DNA of 64,000 nt from an uncultured Spirochaetota bacterium (GCA_963820525.1 CAWGAA010000001.1:2816001-2880000), one strand, 5' to 3'. Positions 18,306 to 27,751 are shown, numbered from the stretch's first letter. The notes: generated by a model from the sequence alone, not told the origin. Program-made: numbers and translations.

Positions 18306-19451
18306 CTAGAAATGGTACTGCAGGGAGAAGCCGAACGGCGAGAATGCGCTTCCGTCCAGCTTTGTCATGTTCAGCGCCCAGCTCATGTATGCCGAAAGGT
18401 GCAGCTTGTTGAAGACGGCCGCCACAATTCCCGCGCCCGTTGTACATACGACCCCCTGGCTGCCTGAGTCCGTGTACCGGTAGTAGCCCGAATCGAGAAA
18501 GGCGAAAATCCCGGGAATGAGGTCCGGGTGAACGAGGGATGGGAAGAGCATGCGCAGCTCCAGGTTGTCCACCGCTTTCAGCTCCGCGTCGAAACGCCCC
18601 TTCTCGAGGCCCCTCACCCATCCGCCCAACCCGGGACGCTGCTGAAAACCCCCGATGCTCTGCCGGGCCAGGATGGGTATGTATGAGCCATACAGGTAAT
18701 CCACGATGAGATTGTTGCCCGCCGTGAGGCTCGCCCACGTGTATTCTGCGTCCTTCGGCACGACGAACAGAGGCAGGAAATAATCCACCCGAAGGGTGAG
18801 TCTCGAGAAATCGCTTTTCCCGACAACGGTATTGAAGAAAAACTCCGGGCTCCACTCCAGGGACGTTTCGACGAACAATCCGGATTTGCTCCCGCTCCTT
18901 TCATTTTCCTGGGCTACGTTGAGCGCAAGCTCCAGGAAAAGCGAGTTCTGAAGTATCCCGTAAGCATCGGGCGGTCTGCCCGATTGCCGGAGGAGCAGCG
19001 AGGCTCCGCCCGGGTTGTTGCTCGTGAGGATGCCGCGGTAGTAAAGCGTCGACTCCAGAATGTTGCGCGTGCGTTCAATGTCCCGGAGGAGCCCCTGGCT
19101 TATCCCGAGCCCCCAGCTCATTCCCGTAGTATAGAAGGAAAGAGCGTCGGAAGGCTCCGAATCCTGGCTTGTGACCTGCGTGCCGTCCGGTTTCCTCAGG
19201 TAGAAAGTCGGCTCATACGCGCCGCCGATGCCGATCCAGAGTGTGGTGTCCAGGCCGGGAACGAGGCGAAGCTCCCGATTCCCTATCCTTGCATCGACTC
19301 CGAACATCTTTGGCTGCGGCCTGATCACCCATGCAGGTCCCCCATCCGCCGCCGTGCCCAGCTCAATGCCCTGAAACTCCTGACCATGAAGGGTAAGGCT
19401 CGGGAAGACCGATACGATGGCCGCGAGGATCAGGCTTTTCATGCGCATCAC
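18306..19451 (-). CDS. Outer-membrane beta-barrel protein (Omp85/TamA-like barrel end)
   Basis: Signal peptide, GGWVRG (VRG-like loop), NLELR, FAFLDSG and terminal YHF. Confidence 0.6.
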   Translation of the reverse strand: MMRMKSLILAAIVSVFPSLTLHGQEFQGIELGTAADGGPAWVIRPQPKMFGVDARIGNRELRLVPGLDTTLWIGIGGAYEPTFYLRKPDGTQVTSQDSEPSDALSFYTTGMSWGLGISQGLLRDIERTRNILESTLYYRGILTSNNPGGASLLLRQSGRPPDAYGILQNSLFLELALNVAQENERSGSKSGLFVETSLEWSPEFFFNTVVGKSDFSRLTLRVDYFLPLFVVPKDAEYTWASLTAGNNLIVDYLYGSYIPILARQSIGGFQQRPGLGGWVRGLEKGRFDAELKAVDNLELRMLFPSLVHPDLIPGIFAFLDSGYYRYTDSGSQGVVCTTGAGIVAAVFNKLHLSAYMSWALNMTKLDGSAFSPFGFSLQYHF

Positions 19452-19891
19452 TTCAGCTCGACGAGGATGTCGTCCACGTCGCGGTCTACGGGAAACGCGA
19501 TGTCGGTGAATCGCGGTTTCCCGATCGCGGCAGCTCTTTTCCTGTAGGTGCTCATGGGCTCCGTCGGACCGAAAAGGCCCTTGTCCAGCACGCCGTTTCC
19601 GTTCGTGTCCAGGAAGCAGATGATGCAGTACATGCCCTCCGCCACTTCCTCCACCGTGAACGGGATGCGTACGGAGCCGGAGCCGCTCCCCCGCGCTGCC
19701 AGGGTCACGGTGTATGGCGCGCCGCGGCCCTCGTCCCGGCCGAAGGTCTCCTCGGTGTAGAGCATGAGCCGCACGGTGCCCTCGCGGCCCACCGAGATCG
19801 TTCCGCCTACGCTGTGCGTCCGGGTTTCAGCGCAGAGCGGAATCGTGGAGAGGAGAAGCAAGGCACAGGCAAGTGCATGCATGTATTTCAT
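19448..19891 (-). CDS. DUF2141-like exported protein
   Basis: GMYCIICFLDTNGNGVLDKGLFGPTEP and KPRFTDIAF. Confidence 0.75.
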   Translation of the reverse strand: MKYMHALACALLLLSTIPLCAETRTHSVGGTISVGREGTVRLMLYTEETFGRDEGRGAPYTVTLAARGSGSGSVRIPFTVEEVAEGMYCIICFLDTNGNGVLDKGLFGPTEPMSTYRKRAAAIGKPRFTDIAFPVDRDVDDILVELK

Positions 19892-19903
19892 TTCATTCCT
19901 CCA

Positions 19904-21154
19904 TCAGTAATGGAAATAAAGATCGAGCTCCGCCTGGAAGGGATTCGGCTTGGAGCCCATTTCGGAGCCGGCCGCTCCGTACTGGATCCGTGAGGTCAGG
20001 ACGGCCTCGAAGTTGTCGAACGGCGCGTAGGAGAAGGACGCGCTGCACGATAAGCTCAGGTCATCCAGGTTCCACAGCACCGAGAGCGATGGGGTGAAGT
20101 AGAGCAGGTCGAACGGCTCGGGCTGGGTTATTTTCACATTGATGTAATCCCGCATGACGGCCGGTTTTTCGAGCAGGGGCATGGACTGCCGGCGCGCCGT
20201 GCCGATGAGCTGCTGGTTACCCGAGCGCAGGATGTTTTCGTTGTACGCAAGGAAAGCCCCGTATTCCGAGGTTGAATAGCCGGCGCCGTTGTAGAAGTAT
20301 TCGACGACGGCGGTCGTATTCCAGGGGCTCAGGAACCGCATCCCCACAAGCGCCCGCTCTGAATCCTCCTGGAGGGTTGCGGGGAGGGGGCCGTCGAACG
20401 CGGTCTTCGGGGTTTGAAGACAGTACGCCGCTTCGCCGTGAAATTCGAGGTTCTCAAGAAGGTTGAAGGACACGTCCGCGCCCACCTTGTGCTGCCCGGC
20501 GGAGCTGTACAGGCCCATGACGTCCGCATCCACGCCTCCAATGAGAAATGTGAGTTTCAACGCCATGTCCGTGTCCTCGATGTCGAACGAATTGTCCCCC
20601 GCTATCGGACCGGGTATGACAAGCAGGCTTGCCGACGCGGTCTGGAAGAAATCGGATGGGAGGCTCACCAGGAACTCCGCGTCCAGCGAGACGATGCCCT
20701 GAGCGCGCTTCTCAGGGGTTCTCGGATCCTTCTCCGGGTTGACGAACCCGACGGCCGAGAAGGCGTACCCCTTGCCCCAACCGTAGATGATACGTCCGAC
20801 TCCGAGAGAGATGTTGTTCGATACATTGACCGTCCCCCGCAGCTCGTCGATGGTGAGCGAAACGAAATCGCCCGCGGTGTCGACCGTGCTCTTCAGGGAA
20901 AACGCCAGGTAGGGATTGCTATACTCCGCGTCGGCAGCAAGGAGGAATTCGAGCGCATTGGCGTAATGCGAAGAGGCGTATTGGTAGAGGTCGAGCAGGT
21001 ACTGGGGCGTGGACGGGGACACGTAGTATCCCTGGTACGCGCCTTGAAGGAAGCCGTTGATTGAGAGGCCGTCCCTCTCGGGAAGCGCGTCTTCCGGGAA
21101 AAGCGGCAACGCGATAGAGAGGACCAGGAGCGCGGGCATGAGCGTCGTTTTCAT
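19904..21154 (-). CDS. Outer-membrane beta-barrel protein
   Basis: Signal peptide, VGRIIYGWGKGYAFSAVGFVNP, VEYFYNGAG and an aromatic C-terminus. Confidence 0.65.
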   Translation of the reverse strand: MKTTLMPALLVLSIALPLFPEDALPERDGLSINGFLQGAYQGYYVSPSTPQYLLDLYQYASSHYANALEFLLAADAEYSNPYLAFSLKSTVDTAGDFVSLTIDELRGTVNVSNNISLGVGRIIYGWGKGYAFSAVGFVNPEKDPRTPEKRAQGIVSLDAEFLVSLPSDFFQTASASLLVIPGPIAGDNSFDIEDTDMALKLTFLIGGVDADVMGLYSSAGQHKVGADVSFNLLENLEFHGEAAYCLQTPKTAFDGPLPATLQEDSERALVGMRFLSPWNTTAVVEYFYNGAGYSTSEYGAFLAYNENILRSGNQQLIGTARRQSMPLLEKPAVMRDYINVKITQPEPFDLLYFTPSLSVLWNLDDLSLSCSASFSYAPFDNFEAVLTSRIQYGAAGSEMGSKPNPFQAELDLYFHY

Positions 21155-21900
21155 TTGGCGAGCCCCTTCAATTTCGACATGTATGCCAGCGTGAAAAATT
21201 CGTCGGGAAACTCCTTTGCCTGTATGCGCGTGAAGACCATCTTCGACGTGTAGCCTTCATGGAGCGAGCTTGTCGTGGTCATGACGGCAGGCCGTACGAT
21301 GCCGTTTCCGAAATCTTTCGTGTCCGAGAACTCGATTGTCTTCAGGAGCATTCTGCCCGCCGTGTGGCATTCGATTTTTTCCACGATCAGGCCCTTCTTC
21401 TGGACGTACATCCTGACGTACGCGTACGCGACGCTGTTCGAGCGGGCGCGCAGGTCGAGGACGAAGCGCCCTTCATCCTGCGAGGCGATGGACGGGGCGT
21501 ATTCGACCGAAAAGTCGAGGGCAAGGATGTCCGCGTTGTCGAATATCCCCCCTGTGACGGATTGGAGGCTCGTCTGGCGGATGGGGCGTCCCACGCTCGG
21601 AATGTAGAGCCACAGGTTGTCGCCCACCCTGAGCATGGAGCGATCCTTTTCGCTCGACGGCGCCAGGAAAAGAAGCGCTATCCTGTCCGTCCCTTTCTTG
21701 ATCATGTACACGTCGTGGGTTTTCTGCGTGCCGTTCGGTTCGATGTCGATGATCCTCCGAAACGCACCGTAGGAAGAGGGCATGAGATTCCGGTCAACCT
21801 GCCGGAGCAGGTCATCGGCATCCTGCCCGAAGGCGGCGGAGCAGAGGGAGACGAGAATGGCCGTGAGAACGGGCGTCAGACCACATGAAGCTGATTTCAT
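21151..21900 (-). CDS. LolA-like outer-membrane lipoprotein-sorting protein
   Basis: FLAPSSEKDRSMLRVGDNLWLYIPSVGRPIR, FDNAD and PDEFFTLAYM. Confidence 0.8.
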   Translation of the reverse strand: MKSASCGLTPVLTAILVSLCSAAFGQDADDLLRQVDRNLMPSSYGAFRRIIDIEPNGTQKTHDVYMIKKGTDRIALLFLAPSSEKDRSMLRVGDNLWLYIPSVGRPIRQTSLQSVTGGIFDNADILALDFSVEYAPSIASQDEGRFVLDLRARSNSVAYAYVRMYVQKKGLIVEKIECHTAGRMLLKTIEFSDTKDFGNGIVRPAVMTTTSSLHEGYTSKMVFTRIQAKEFPDEFFTLAYMSKLKGLAK

Positions 21901-21927
21901 ATTTGCGCAACCTCCATGGATTTCTTC

Positions 21928-23172
21928 CTACACGTGGCCAAGGGCGTCCACCGGGTCGAGTCGCGAGGCTTTGTGGGCCGGCTGCAGACTGGCCAGGATG
22001 GAAACCAGGATAACCATGACGGAAACGGAAGCGATGTCCGCCGGCGTGAGCCGCGTGATGAGCTGTAGGGTGAAGGGGCCCGCCTTGAAGTGGATGGCGG
22101 CCGCGTCGAGGATGACCAGAACGAGCCCCCCGACTGCAAGCCCGACGACGAGGCTCATGGCCCCCAGCGTGACCCCCTCCAGGAGAAAGAGCCTTCGGAT
22201 GCGGCGCGCCGGGGTGCCCATTGCCGATATGGTCCCGATCTCCTTGGTGCGCTCGTACACCGCCATCATCATGATGTTGAGAACGCTGATGAGGACGATG
22301 GCGATGAGCACGAACTTCACCACGTAGGTGACGATGCTGACGAGCATGAGGATGCTGGTGAACGGGCTCAAGCTTTCCCACGTGTCGACCTCGTAGACCG
22401 CCCCATCCAAAGCCCGTCCGCCGGGTCCCCCGGACAGAAGCGCCCCGTACACGCTCTTGAGGCGGTCGATGTCGCGCAGGCGGATCGCCACCTCCGATAT
22501 TTCAGGCTCATCCATTTGCAGCAGCGCCTCGGCGTCCGAGATGTGGATGTAGCCGTTTCTCAGGAACTCTCCGGCTGCGAAGCCTTCCAGGATTCCCGCG
22601 ACCGTGAAGACGGCGCCGTTCATGGAGCCGTGCCTGTTGGTGCAGACCAGAACGACGGAGTCGCCGATGGAGAGGTGGAATGCGGTCGCTATCAGGCCGG
22701 GAATGATGATTTCGCCGGGCTTGAGGAAGCGCTCCGTATCCTTGACCTCCGTGAGGCGGTCCGGAAGCGCCGGGCAGGTCCTCGATTCCCTTTCGGGATC
22801 AACGGCCGTAAGCTTCATCGTCGTCGTTTCTGTGTATATGCTGGCCATGGCCATGAAGTTGATCCGCGGGCTGTACGCCTCCACGTCGGCGTTGTTGTCC
22901 AGCGCCTCCCGAAGGTGTTCCATCTCCTTGCCGTCCAGATAGAGGTTGAGGGGGCTGGCATTGATGATTTTCGTGTATCCCTTCTTGTGGACCTGCACGT
23001 GGGAGAGCATCGTGTCCGTCAGGATGCTCGTGACCGAGTACCTGAATCCGCCGACGAACCCCGATGTGACGACGACGAGCATGACCCCGATGACGATGAG
23101 CATCGAGGTGAGGAGCGTCCTCCGCCTGTAGCGGAACAGGTTCCTGAGAGCGATCTTAGCGAGATTGCGCAT
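21928..23172 (-). CDS. LolC/E-MacB/FtsX-type ABC permease
   Basis: ALRNLFRYRRRTLLT, ERTKEIGTISAMG and PAHKASRLDPVDAL. Confidence 0.88.
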   Translation of the reverse strand: MRNLAKIALRNLFRYRRRTLLTSMLIVIGVMLVVVTSGFVGGFRYSVTSILTDTMLSHVQVHKKGYTKIINASPLNLYLDGKEMEHLREALDNNADVEAYSPRINFMAMASIYTETTTMKLTAVDPERESRTCPALPDRLTEVKDTERFLKPGEIIIPGLIATAFHLSIGDSVVLVCTNRHGSMNGAVFTVAGILEGFAAGEFLRNGYIHISDAEALLQMDEPEISEVAIRLRDIDRLKSVYGALLSGGPGGRALDGAVYEVDTWESLSPFTSILMLVSIVTYVVKFVLIAIVLISVLNIMMMAVYERTKEIGTISAMGTPARRIRRLFLLEGVTLGAMSLVVGLAVGGLVLVILDAAAIHFKAGPFTLQLITRLTPADIASVSVMVILVSILASLQPAHKASRLDPVDALGHV

Positions 23173-23865
23173 TGCCGTTGCCTCCCTGCCTGCGGTCGAC
23201 GAGCCGGCCGTCCTCCAGGACGTATATCCACTCGGCTTCTCCTACGATCTTCTGATCGTGCGTAGAGAAGATGAAGGTCGTGCCGAGGCTTTCCTTCATC
23301 GCCTTCATGACCGCGATCACCTTCAGGGCCGTTTGGTGATCGAGGTTGGCAGTCGGCTCATCCGCCAGAACCACCTTCGGGTTCGTCACCAGGGCGCGGG
23401 CCACCGCAACGCGCTGTTTCTGCCCCCCGAAATTTGGGACGGGAGCTTATCCTTCTGGTCGGACATCCCTACACGGCTCAGGAAATCCATTACGCGCGCG
23501 GCGCGCTCCTTCTTCCTGACATTGCTCACCATGATCAACGGGTATTCGACGTTTTCGAAAACGGTGAGAACCGGGATGAGGTTGAAGTCCTGGAATATGA
23601 ACCCGAGGTGCTCGCTTCGAAAGCGTACGGTCGCCTCGCGGCAGAGCGATTGGATCTGCTGTCCCGCGATCGTGATGCTGCCTGCAGTCGGCCGGGCCAG
23701 GCAGCCGAGAAGGTTCAGCAGAGTGGTCTTTCCGCTCCCCGACGGTCCTATGAAGCTGACGAACGATCCCGTGTCGATGCCCAAGGTCACGCCCCTGAGG
23801 GCATGCACTTCGATGTCTCCATTTTTGTATACCTTGCTTACCTCTCTCATCTCGATCACTTTCAT
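23156..23865 (-). pseudogene. LolD-like ABC ATP-binding protein with a one-base deletion frameshift (real or sequencing error)
   Basis: Walker A GPSGSGKTT. The signature ISGG/QKQRVAVARAL breaks at a G6 run (C6 at 23423-23428) that needs G7. LADEPTANLD follows in the shifted frame. Confidence 0.85.
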
Positions 23866-23902
23866 CAAAACATCTCCTCCATGCACGCGGTGTCATAGAA
23901 CA

Positions 23903-23918
23903 ATCAAGAAGCGTGCCA
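23903..23918 (-). promoter_or_regulatory. Probable sigma54 (-24/-12) promoter
   Basis: Minus strand reads TGGCAC-GCTTC-TTGAT against consensus TGGCAC-N5-TTGC(A/T); adjacent to a GAFTGA activator locus. Confidence 0.65.
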
Positions 23919-24008
23919 AGACGGGAGTTGGCGGTGGGATGAAAAGCCGGGAAAACTGTGAATATTTGCCTTTTTTCGATGTCCGATCCCGGCCTTCGGC
24001 GGACCCGG

Positions 24009-24025
24009 TGCGTAATGATTACGCA
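24009..24025. promoter_or_regulatory. Candidate upstream activator sequence
   Basis: Perfect palindrome TGCGTAAT-G-ATTACGCA about 90-105 bp upstream of the -24 element. Confidence 0.55.
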
Positions 24026-24123
24026 ATGCCCGAATCTGATTCCTTTTTATGCATCGCCGCCGGTGGCTTGACACTTGGCCCACTCCGGCAAATAAAATGG
24101 CTTTGGGGTGCGGTGAGGCACGA

Positions 24124-25341
24124 ATGAAAATCTTCAGGGAAGAGGCCCTGTTCGTCCTGGCGCTGATAGTCCTTTTTCTATTTACGATCGGGCTGGTCGT
24201 TTTTTACTCCACCATCTTCAGCAACACCAACCTTGGCATGGTGAAAAAGGGAATAGGTATCGTCGCCGGCGACCTGATCCTCCGCTATAGGGAGAGGAAG
24301 GAGCTGGTCCCCGACGGCTTCGGGGAGTTGTTGGGCGCCGGCATCTATGGGGAGAACGGCCTGCTCCTGGCCGGGTTCGGAAGCGCCCCTTCTCGCCTGG
24401 AAAAAGCCGCGGGGGAATCGATGGTCGTCGATAATCGACGCCAGAGCATCAGGGCGATCCTTTTCAGGAGCGTGCAGCTCTCCGACGGGCGGACGGATGG
24501 GCCGTATCGTGTTTTCGCGGAGGTGGATATCCACGAACAGCTCCGGAGATTCACCTTCATCAAATACACGAGCCTCATGGGCCCCATTCTCCTTGCCGTC
24601 GTCATGGTCACCATGGTCGCGCTATACACCCGCAACGTGAAGTACCGCAGAAAGATATCGCTCCAGGAGCAAATGGTGCACCTGGGGGAGGCGGCCCGGA
24701 CGCTGTCCCACGAGATCAAGAACCCCTTGAGCGCGATCAGGCTCCAGACGGCGTACCTCAGGCGGGTCTCCCCCGACGTGAACCTCACGTCGATAGGCAT
24801 CATCGAAGAGGAGGTGGATCGGCTGGCCAACCTGAGCAAACAGGTGGCCAACTTCATACGGGATCCCCGGGGTACTCCCGAGGACATCGATCTGTGCGAC
24901 TTCATCGAGAAGCTGTGCTCCCGGTTCCATCATCCCGTCGTCTTCGACGGCTTGCGGAAGGGCTCCCTGTATATTTCTGCGGACAGGGAAAGGCTCAGGT
25001 CCGTCTTCGAGAACATGCTACGGAATGCGGACGAGAGCATGCTCCCCGAAACCGAGGGGGGCGCGGAGGCGTCAGGTCTTCAGGCGCCTATTGAGATCCG
25101 TTTCCGCACCGAAAGGGAGAACGTCGTGGTGGAAGTCCTCGACAGGGGCTGCGGCGTCGCGGGCGGGAAGTCCGAAAGGCTCTTTGATCCCTTCGTCACG
25201 ACAAAAGTGAAGGGCTCGGGCCTGGGGTTGTTCATCGCTCGAAGTTTTGCCGAAGCGGCGTCGGGTTCCATCCGGCTGGGAAACCGCTCGGGCGGCGGCA
25301 CCGCGGTAGCCGTCTCCTTTCCCCTGAGGAAGAAGAAATGA
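24124..25341 (+). CDS. Sensor histidine kinase
   Basis: Two TM segments, H box LSHEIKNPL, N box ENMLRNA, DRGCG, FDPFVTTK and GSGLGL. Confidence 0.92.
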   Translation: MKIFREEALFVLALIVLFLFTIGLVVFYSTIFSNTNLGMVKKGIGIVAGDLILRYRERKELVPDGFGELLGAGIYGENGLLLAGFGSAPSRLEKAAGESMVVDNRRQSIRAILFRSVQLSDGRTDGPYRVFAEVDIHEQLRRFTFIKYTSLMGPILLAVVMVTMVALYTRNVKYRRKISLQEQMVHLGEAARTLSHEIKNPLSAIRLQTAYLRRVSPDVNLTSIGIIEEEVDRLANLSKQVANFIRDPRGTPEDIDLCDFIEKLCSRFHHPVVFDGLRKGSLYISADRERLRSVFENMLRNADESMLPETEGGAEASGLQAPIEIRFRTERENVVVEVLDRGCGVAGGKSERLFDPFVTTKVKGSGLGLFIARSFAEAASGSIRLGNRSGGGTAVAVSFPLRKKK

Positions 25342-26657
25342 AAGTGCTCGTGGCGGACGACGAACGCAACATCCGCAACACGATAGCAGACTTCCTGAAG
25401 CTTGAGGAAATCGAGTCCATGAGCGCGGAGAACGGGCTCTCCGCACGGCGCCTCCTGGAGAGCCAGTTCTTCGACGCGGCCGTCGTCGACCTCCGCATGC
25501 CGGGGATGGACGGCCTGTCGCTCCTCCATTGGATACGGGAAGAGGGACCCGAGATTCCCGTGATCATCATATCGGCGTATGGCGAAATAAAAGATGCCGT
25601 GCAGGCGATGAAGCTCGGGGCGGCGGACTACATCGTGAAACCCTTTGATCCTGAAGAGCTGGTGATGCGCCTGAGGAAGATCCTCCAGCTCCGTTGGCTG
25701 CAAGAGGAATGCGAGACGGGGCGCCGCGCGTTCGACGGTGAATCTGAGGTCATCGGAGTGACGAAAGCCATGGGGGACATCAAGGAGCTCGTCAAGAAGG
25801 TGGCCTCCACGAGCTCGACGGTCCTCATTACCGGAGAGAGCGGCACGGGCAAGGAGGTCATTGCGAGGCTCCTCCACCGGGAGGGCCGGGGTCCGCAGAC
25901 TCCTTTCGTTGCGCTGAACGTCGGCGCCATCCCCGAAAGCCTTCTGGAGAGCGAGCTCTTCGGGCACGAGAAAGGGGCTTTCACCGGGGCGGAGGCGCGC
26001 AAGCTGGGGATGTTCGAGCTGGCTTCCTCGGGGACACTCCTTCTGGACGAGATAGGGGAAATGCCTCTTCACCTGCAGGTGAAACTGCTTCGCGTGGTCC
26101 AGGAGAACAGGATCCAGCGCCTCGGCGGGACCCAGCAGATTCCCATCAACGCGCGTCTTCTGGCGGCCACCAACAGGAACCTTCACGCGATGGTGGAGGA
26201 GGGCGGCTTCAGGCAGGACCTCTATTACAGGCTCAACGTCATACACATCCACCTTCCTCCGCTGAGAGAGCGGCGGGAAGACATTCCCCTTCTCGCCGGG
26301 AGCCTGCTGAAGAAACTGGGCAGGAAACTGGAAAGGCCCGTCGCGGACCTGAGCCCCGAAGCCCTTCAGGCCCTCCAGTGCTATGACTTTCCCGGGAACA
26401 TACGCGAGCTGGAAAATATGATCGAACGCGCCCTCATTCTCTGCGAAGGGAGCGTTATCACGTGCTCGGATCTGGGCATGAAGCCGGCCGCAACACCGTA
26501 CCGCGAGGCTCCGCGCGGGACCCTACGGGACATCGAAAAATGGGCCGTTCGGCAGGCCCTGCAGAGATGGGAGGGAAACCGGACGCGGGCTGCCGAGGAG
26601 CTTGGCTGCAGCCGGAAGACTCTTCAGAACAAGATCAAGGAATACGGGCTGGAATGA
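25338..26657 (+). CDS. Sigma54-dependent response regulator (NtrC/AtoC/ZraR family)
   Basis: Receiver DLRMPGMDG, GESGTGKE, GAFTGA, FPGNIREL and a Fis-type HTH. Confidence 0.95.
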   Translation: MKVLVADDERNIRNTIADFLKLEEIESMSAENGLSARRLLESQFFDAAVVDLRMPGMDGLSLLHWIREEGPEIPVIIISAYGEIKDAVQAMKLGAADYIVKPFDPEELVMRLRKILQLRWLQEECETGRRAFDGESEVIGVTKAMGDIKELVKKVASTSSTVLITGESGTGKEVIARLLHREGRGPQTPFVALNVGAIPESLLESELFGHEKGAFTGAEARKLGMFELASSGTLLLDEIGEMPLHLQVKLLRVVQENRIQRLGGTQQIPINARLLAATNRNLHAMVEEGGFRQDLYYRLNVIHIHLPPLRERREDIPLLAGSLLKKLGRKLERPVADLSPEALQALQCYDFPGNIRELENMIERALILCEGSVITCSDLGMKPAATPYREAPRGTLRDIEKWAVRQALQRWEGNRTRAAEELGCSRKTLQNKIKEYGLE

Positions 26658-26699
26658 CGCCCGGGAGGCGCCCTATGCGGTGCGGCCTCCCGAGAGCCG

Positions 26700-26834
26700 G
26701 ATAATCTTGTAGAATTCGACCCTGGAGAGGAGCCGGGCCTAATCGGTCTGGCTGAAATGGAAGCTGAGCTGTCAACCTTGCTCGATGGGCGTCCTGTTGA
26801 TATGCGCACGCCTAAAGATCTTAGCCGCTACTTC
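26700..26834 (+). pseudogene. Fragment of a minimal nucleotidyltransferase (MNT, HEPN-MNT TA type)
   Basis: [45 protein letters not shown] resembles the C-terminal half of MNT proteins. Confidence 0.7.
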
Positions 26835-27332
26835 CTGGGGCTGCTTTTCCCGCTGGCCGTAGCGATACTTCCCCTCTACCTGCAGGTGCACGCAACGGGT
26901 CTCCTGGACACCTACATGGGGGTGGTCCTTCCCCAGGTGGCGTTCCAGATTCCCCTGCAAGTGCTCCTTTTGCGCGGGTTCTTCAAGGCGGTTCCGATGG
27001 AATTGCAGGACGCCTGCGAGATCGACGGCTACGGCCCCCTGGGTTTTCTCTGGTTCATAGTGGTGCCGCTTTCCACCCCCATTCTCGCCACCTCGGGAAT
27101 TCTTACCCTTGTGGCAAGCTGGAACAATTTCTTCCTGCCGCTCCTGGTGTTCAACAACCCCGCCAGGTTTACCCTTCCACTGGGCGTCATGGCCTTCCAG
27201 GGCCAGCATGCCTCGGACTGGAATCTCATCCTCGGCTACTTGACTCTCGCCATGCTCCCCGCCATCGCGCTTTTCATCCTGGCTCAAAAATATATAGTCG
27301 CGGGACTGACGGGGGGCGCGGTTAAAGGCTGA
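26829..27332 (+). pseudogene. C-terminal half of a carbohydrate ABC permease (MalG-like), 5' end lost
   Basis: EAA-like [19 protein letters not shown] and [15 protein letters not shown]. No partner genes nearby. Confidence 0.8.
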
Positions 27333-27364
27333 AACATCGGCTGCCGTGCGGCCGATTCACCCCC
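27255..27364 (+). repeat. 110-bp direct repeat, copy 1 (permease 3' end plus flank)
   Basis: Matches 28020-28129 with 8 substitutions. Confidence 0.92.
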
Positions 27365-27365
27365 C

Positions 27366-27475
27366 AGGGCTCCGCGTATTTTGCAGCAATAGACAAAGAA
27401 CGGGAAATCTTCCGTGCAAGCTGATTCGAGATTTCGGTATGCCTGAGATATGCTTCCATGGCGCCAGTTCGGGGG
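27366..27475 (-). pseudogene. Remnant of the 12.3-kb hicA and its flank (third cassette copy)
   Basis: PRTGAMEAYLRHTEISNQLARKISRSLSI versus PRTGVMEAVPRHTEIANLLARKICRSLSI. Flank motifs AGGGCTC and TTTTGCAGC are shared with 12277-12294. Confidence 0.8.
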
Positions 27476-27511
27476 TGTGCTGGTGACGGTAGGCATTTGT
27501 AGAGCATCACA

Positions 27512-27751
27512 CTAGAATAGCGATATGACCTCATCCTTTTCGACATGCTTGTGCGACGCAACAGCACTGAAAATGGCGTTTAGCGTTCCCAAACGAAGGC
27601 TCTTATGATCTGGAATAGCGATTCTCTGATGGGAGGGCTCGTCGGTTTCGAGCACGATATGACTTCCCATTTCGTGAACTAACTGGTAATTGAGCTTTCT
27701 TACAAGAGTAGCCGCGACTTCGCGTCCGCTTAAGCCCCGGGGAATCCTCAT
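27512..27751 (-). CDS. hicA: HicA-family toxin
   Basis: GSH motif and IAIPDHKSLRLGTLNAI. Confidence 0.82.
   Translation of the reverse strand: MRIPRGLSGREVAATLVRKLNYQLVHEMGSHIVLETDEPSHQRIAIPDHKSLRLGTLNAIFSAVASHKHVEKDEVISLF

Noticed and set aside
22090..26252. Long antisense ORFs 22090-23265, 23165-24127 and 25080-26252
   Set aside because: They overlap well-supported genes on the opposite strand and lack motifs.
26757..27332. Intact 191-aa sugar permease
   Set aside because: The N-terminus is MNT-derived, and the first half of the permease and its operon partners are missing.
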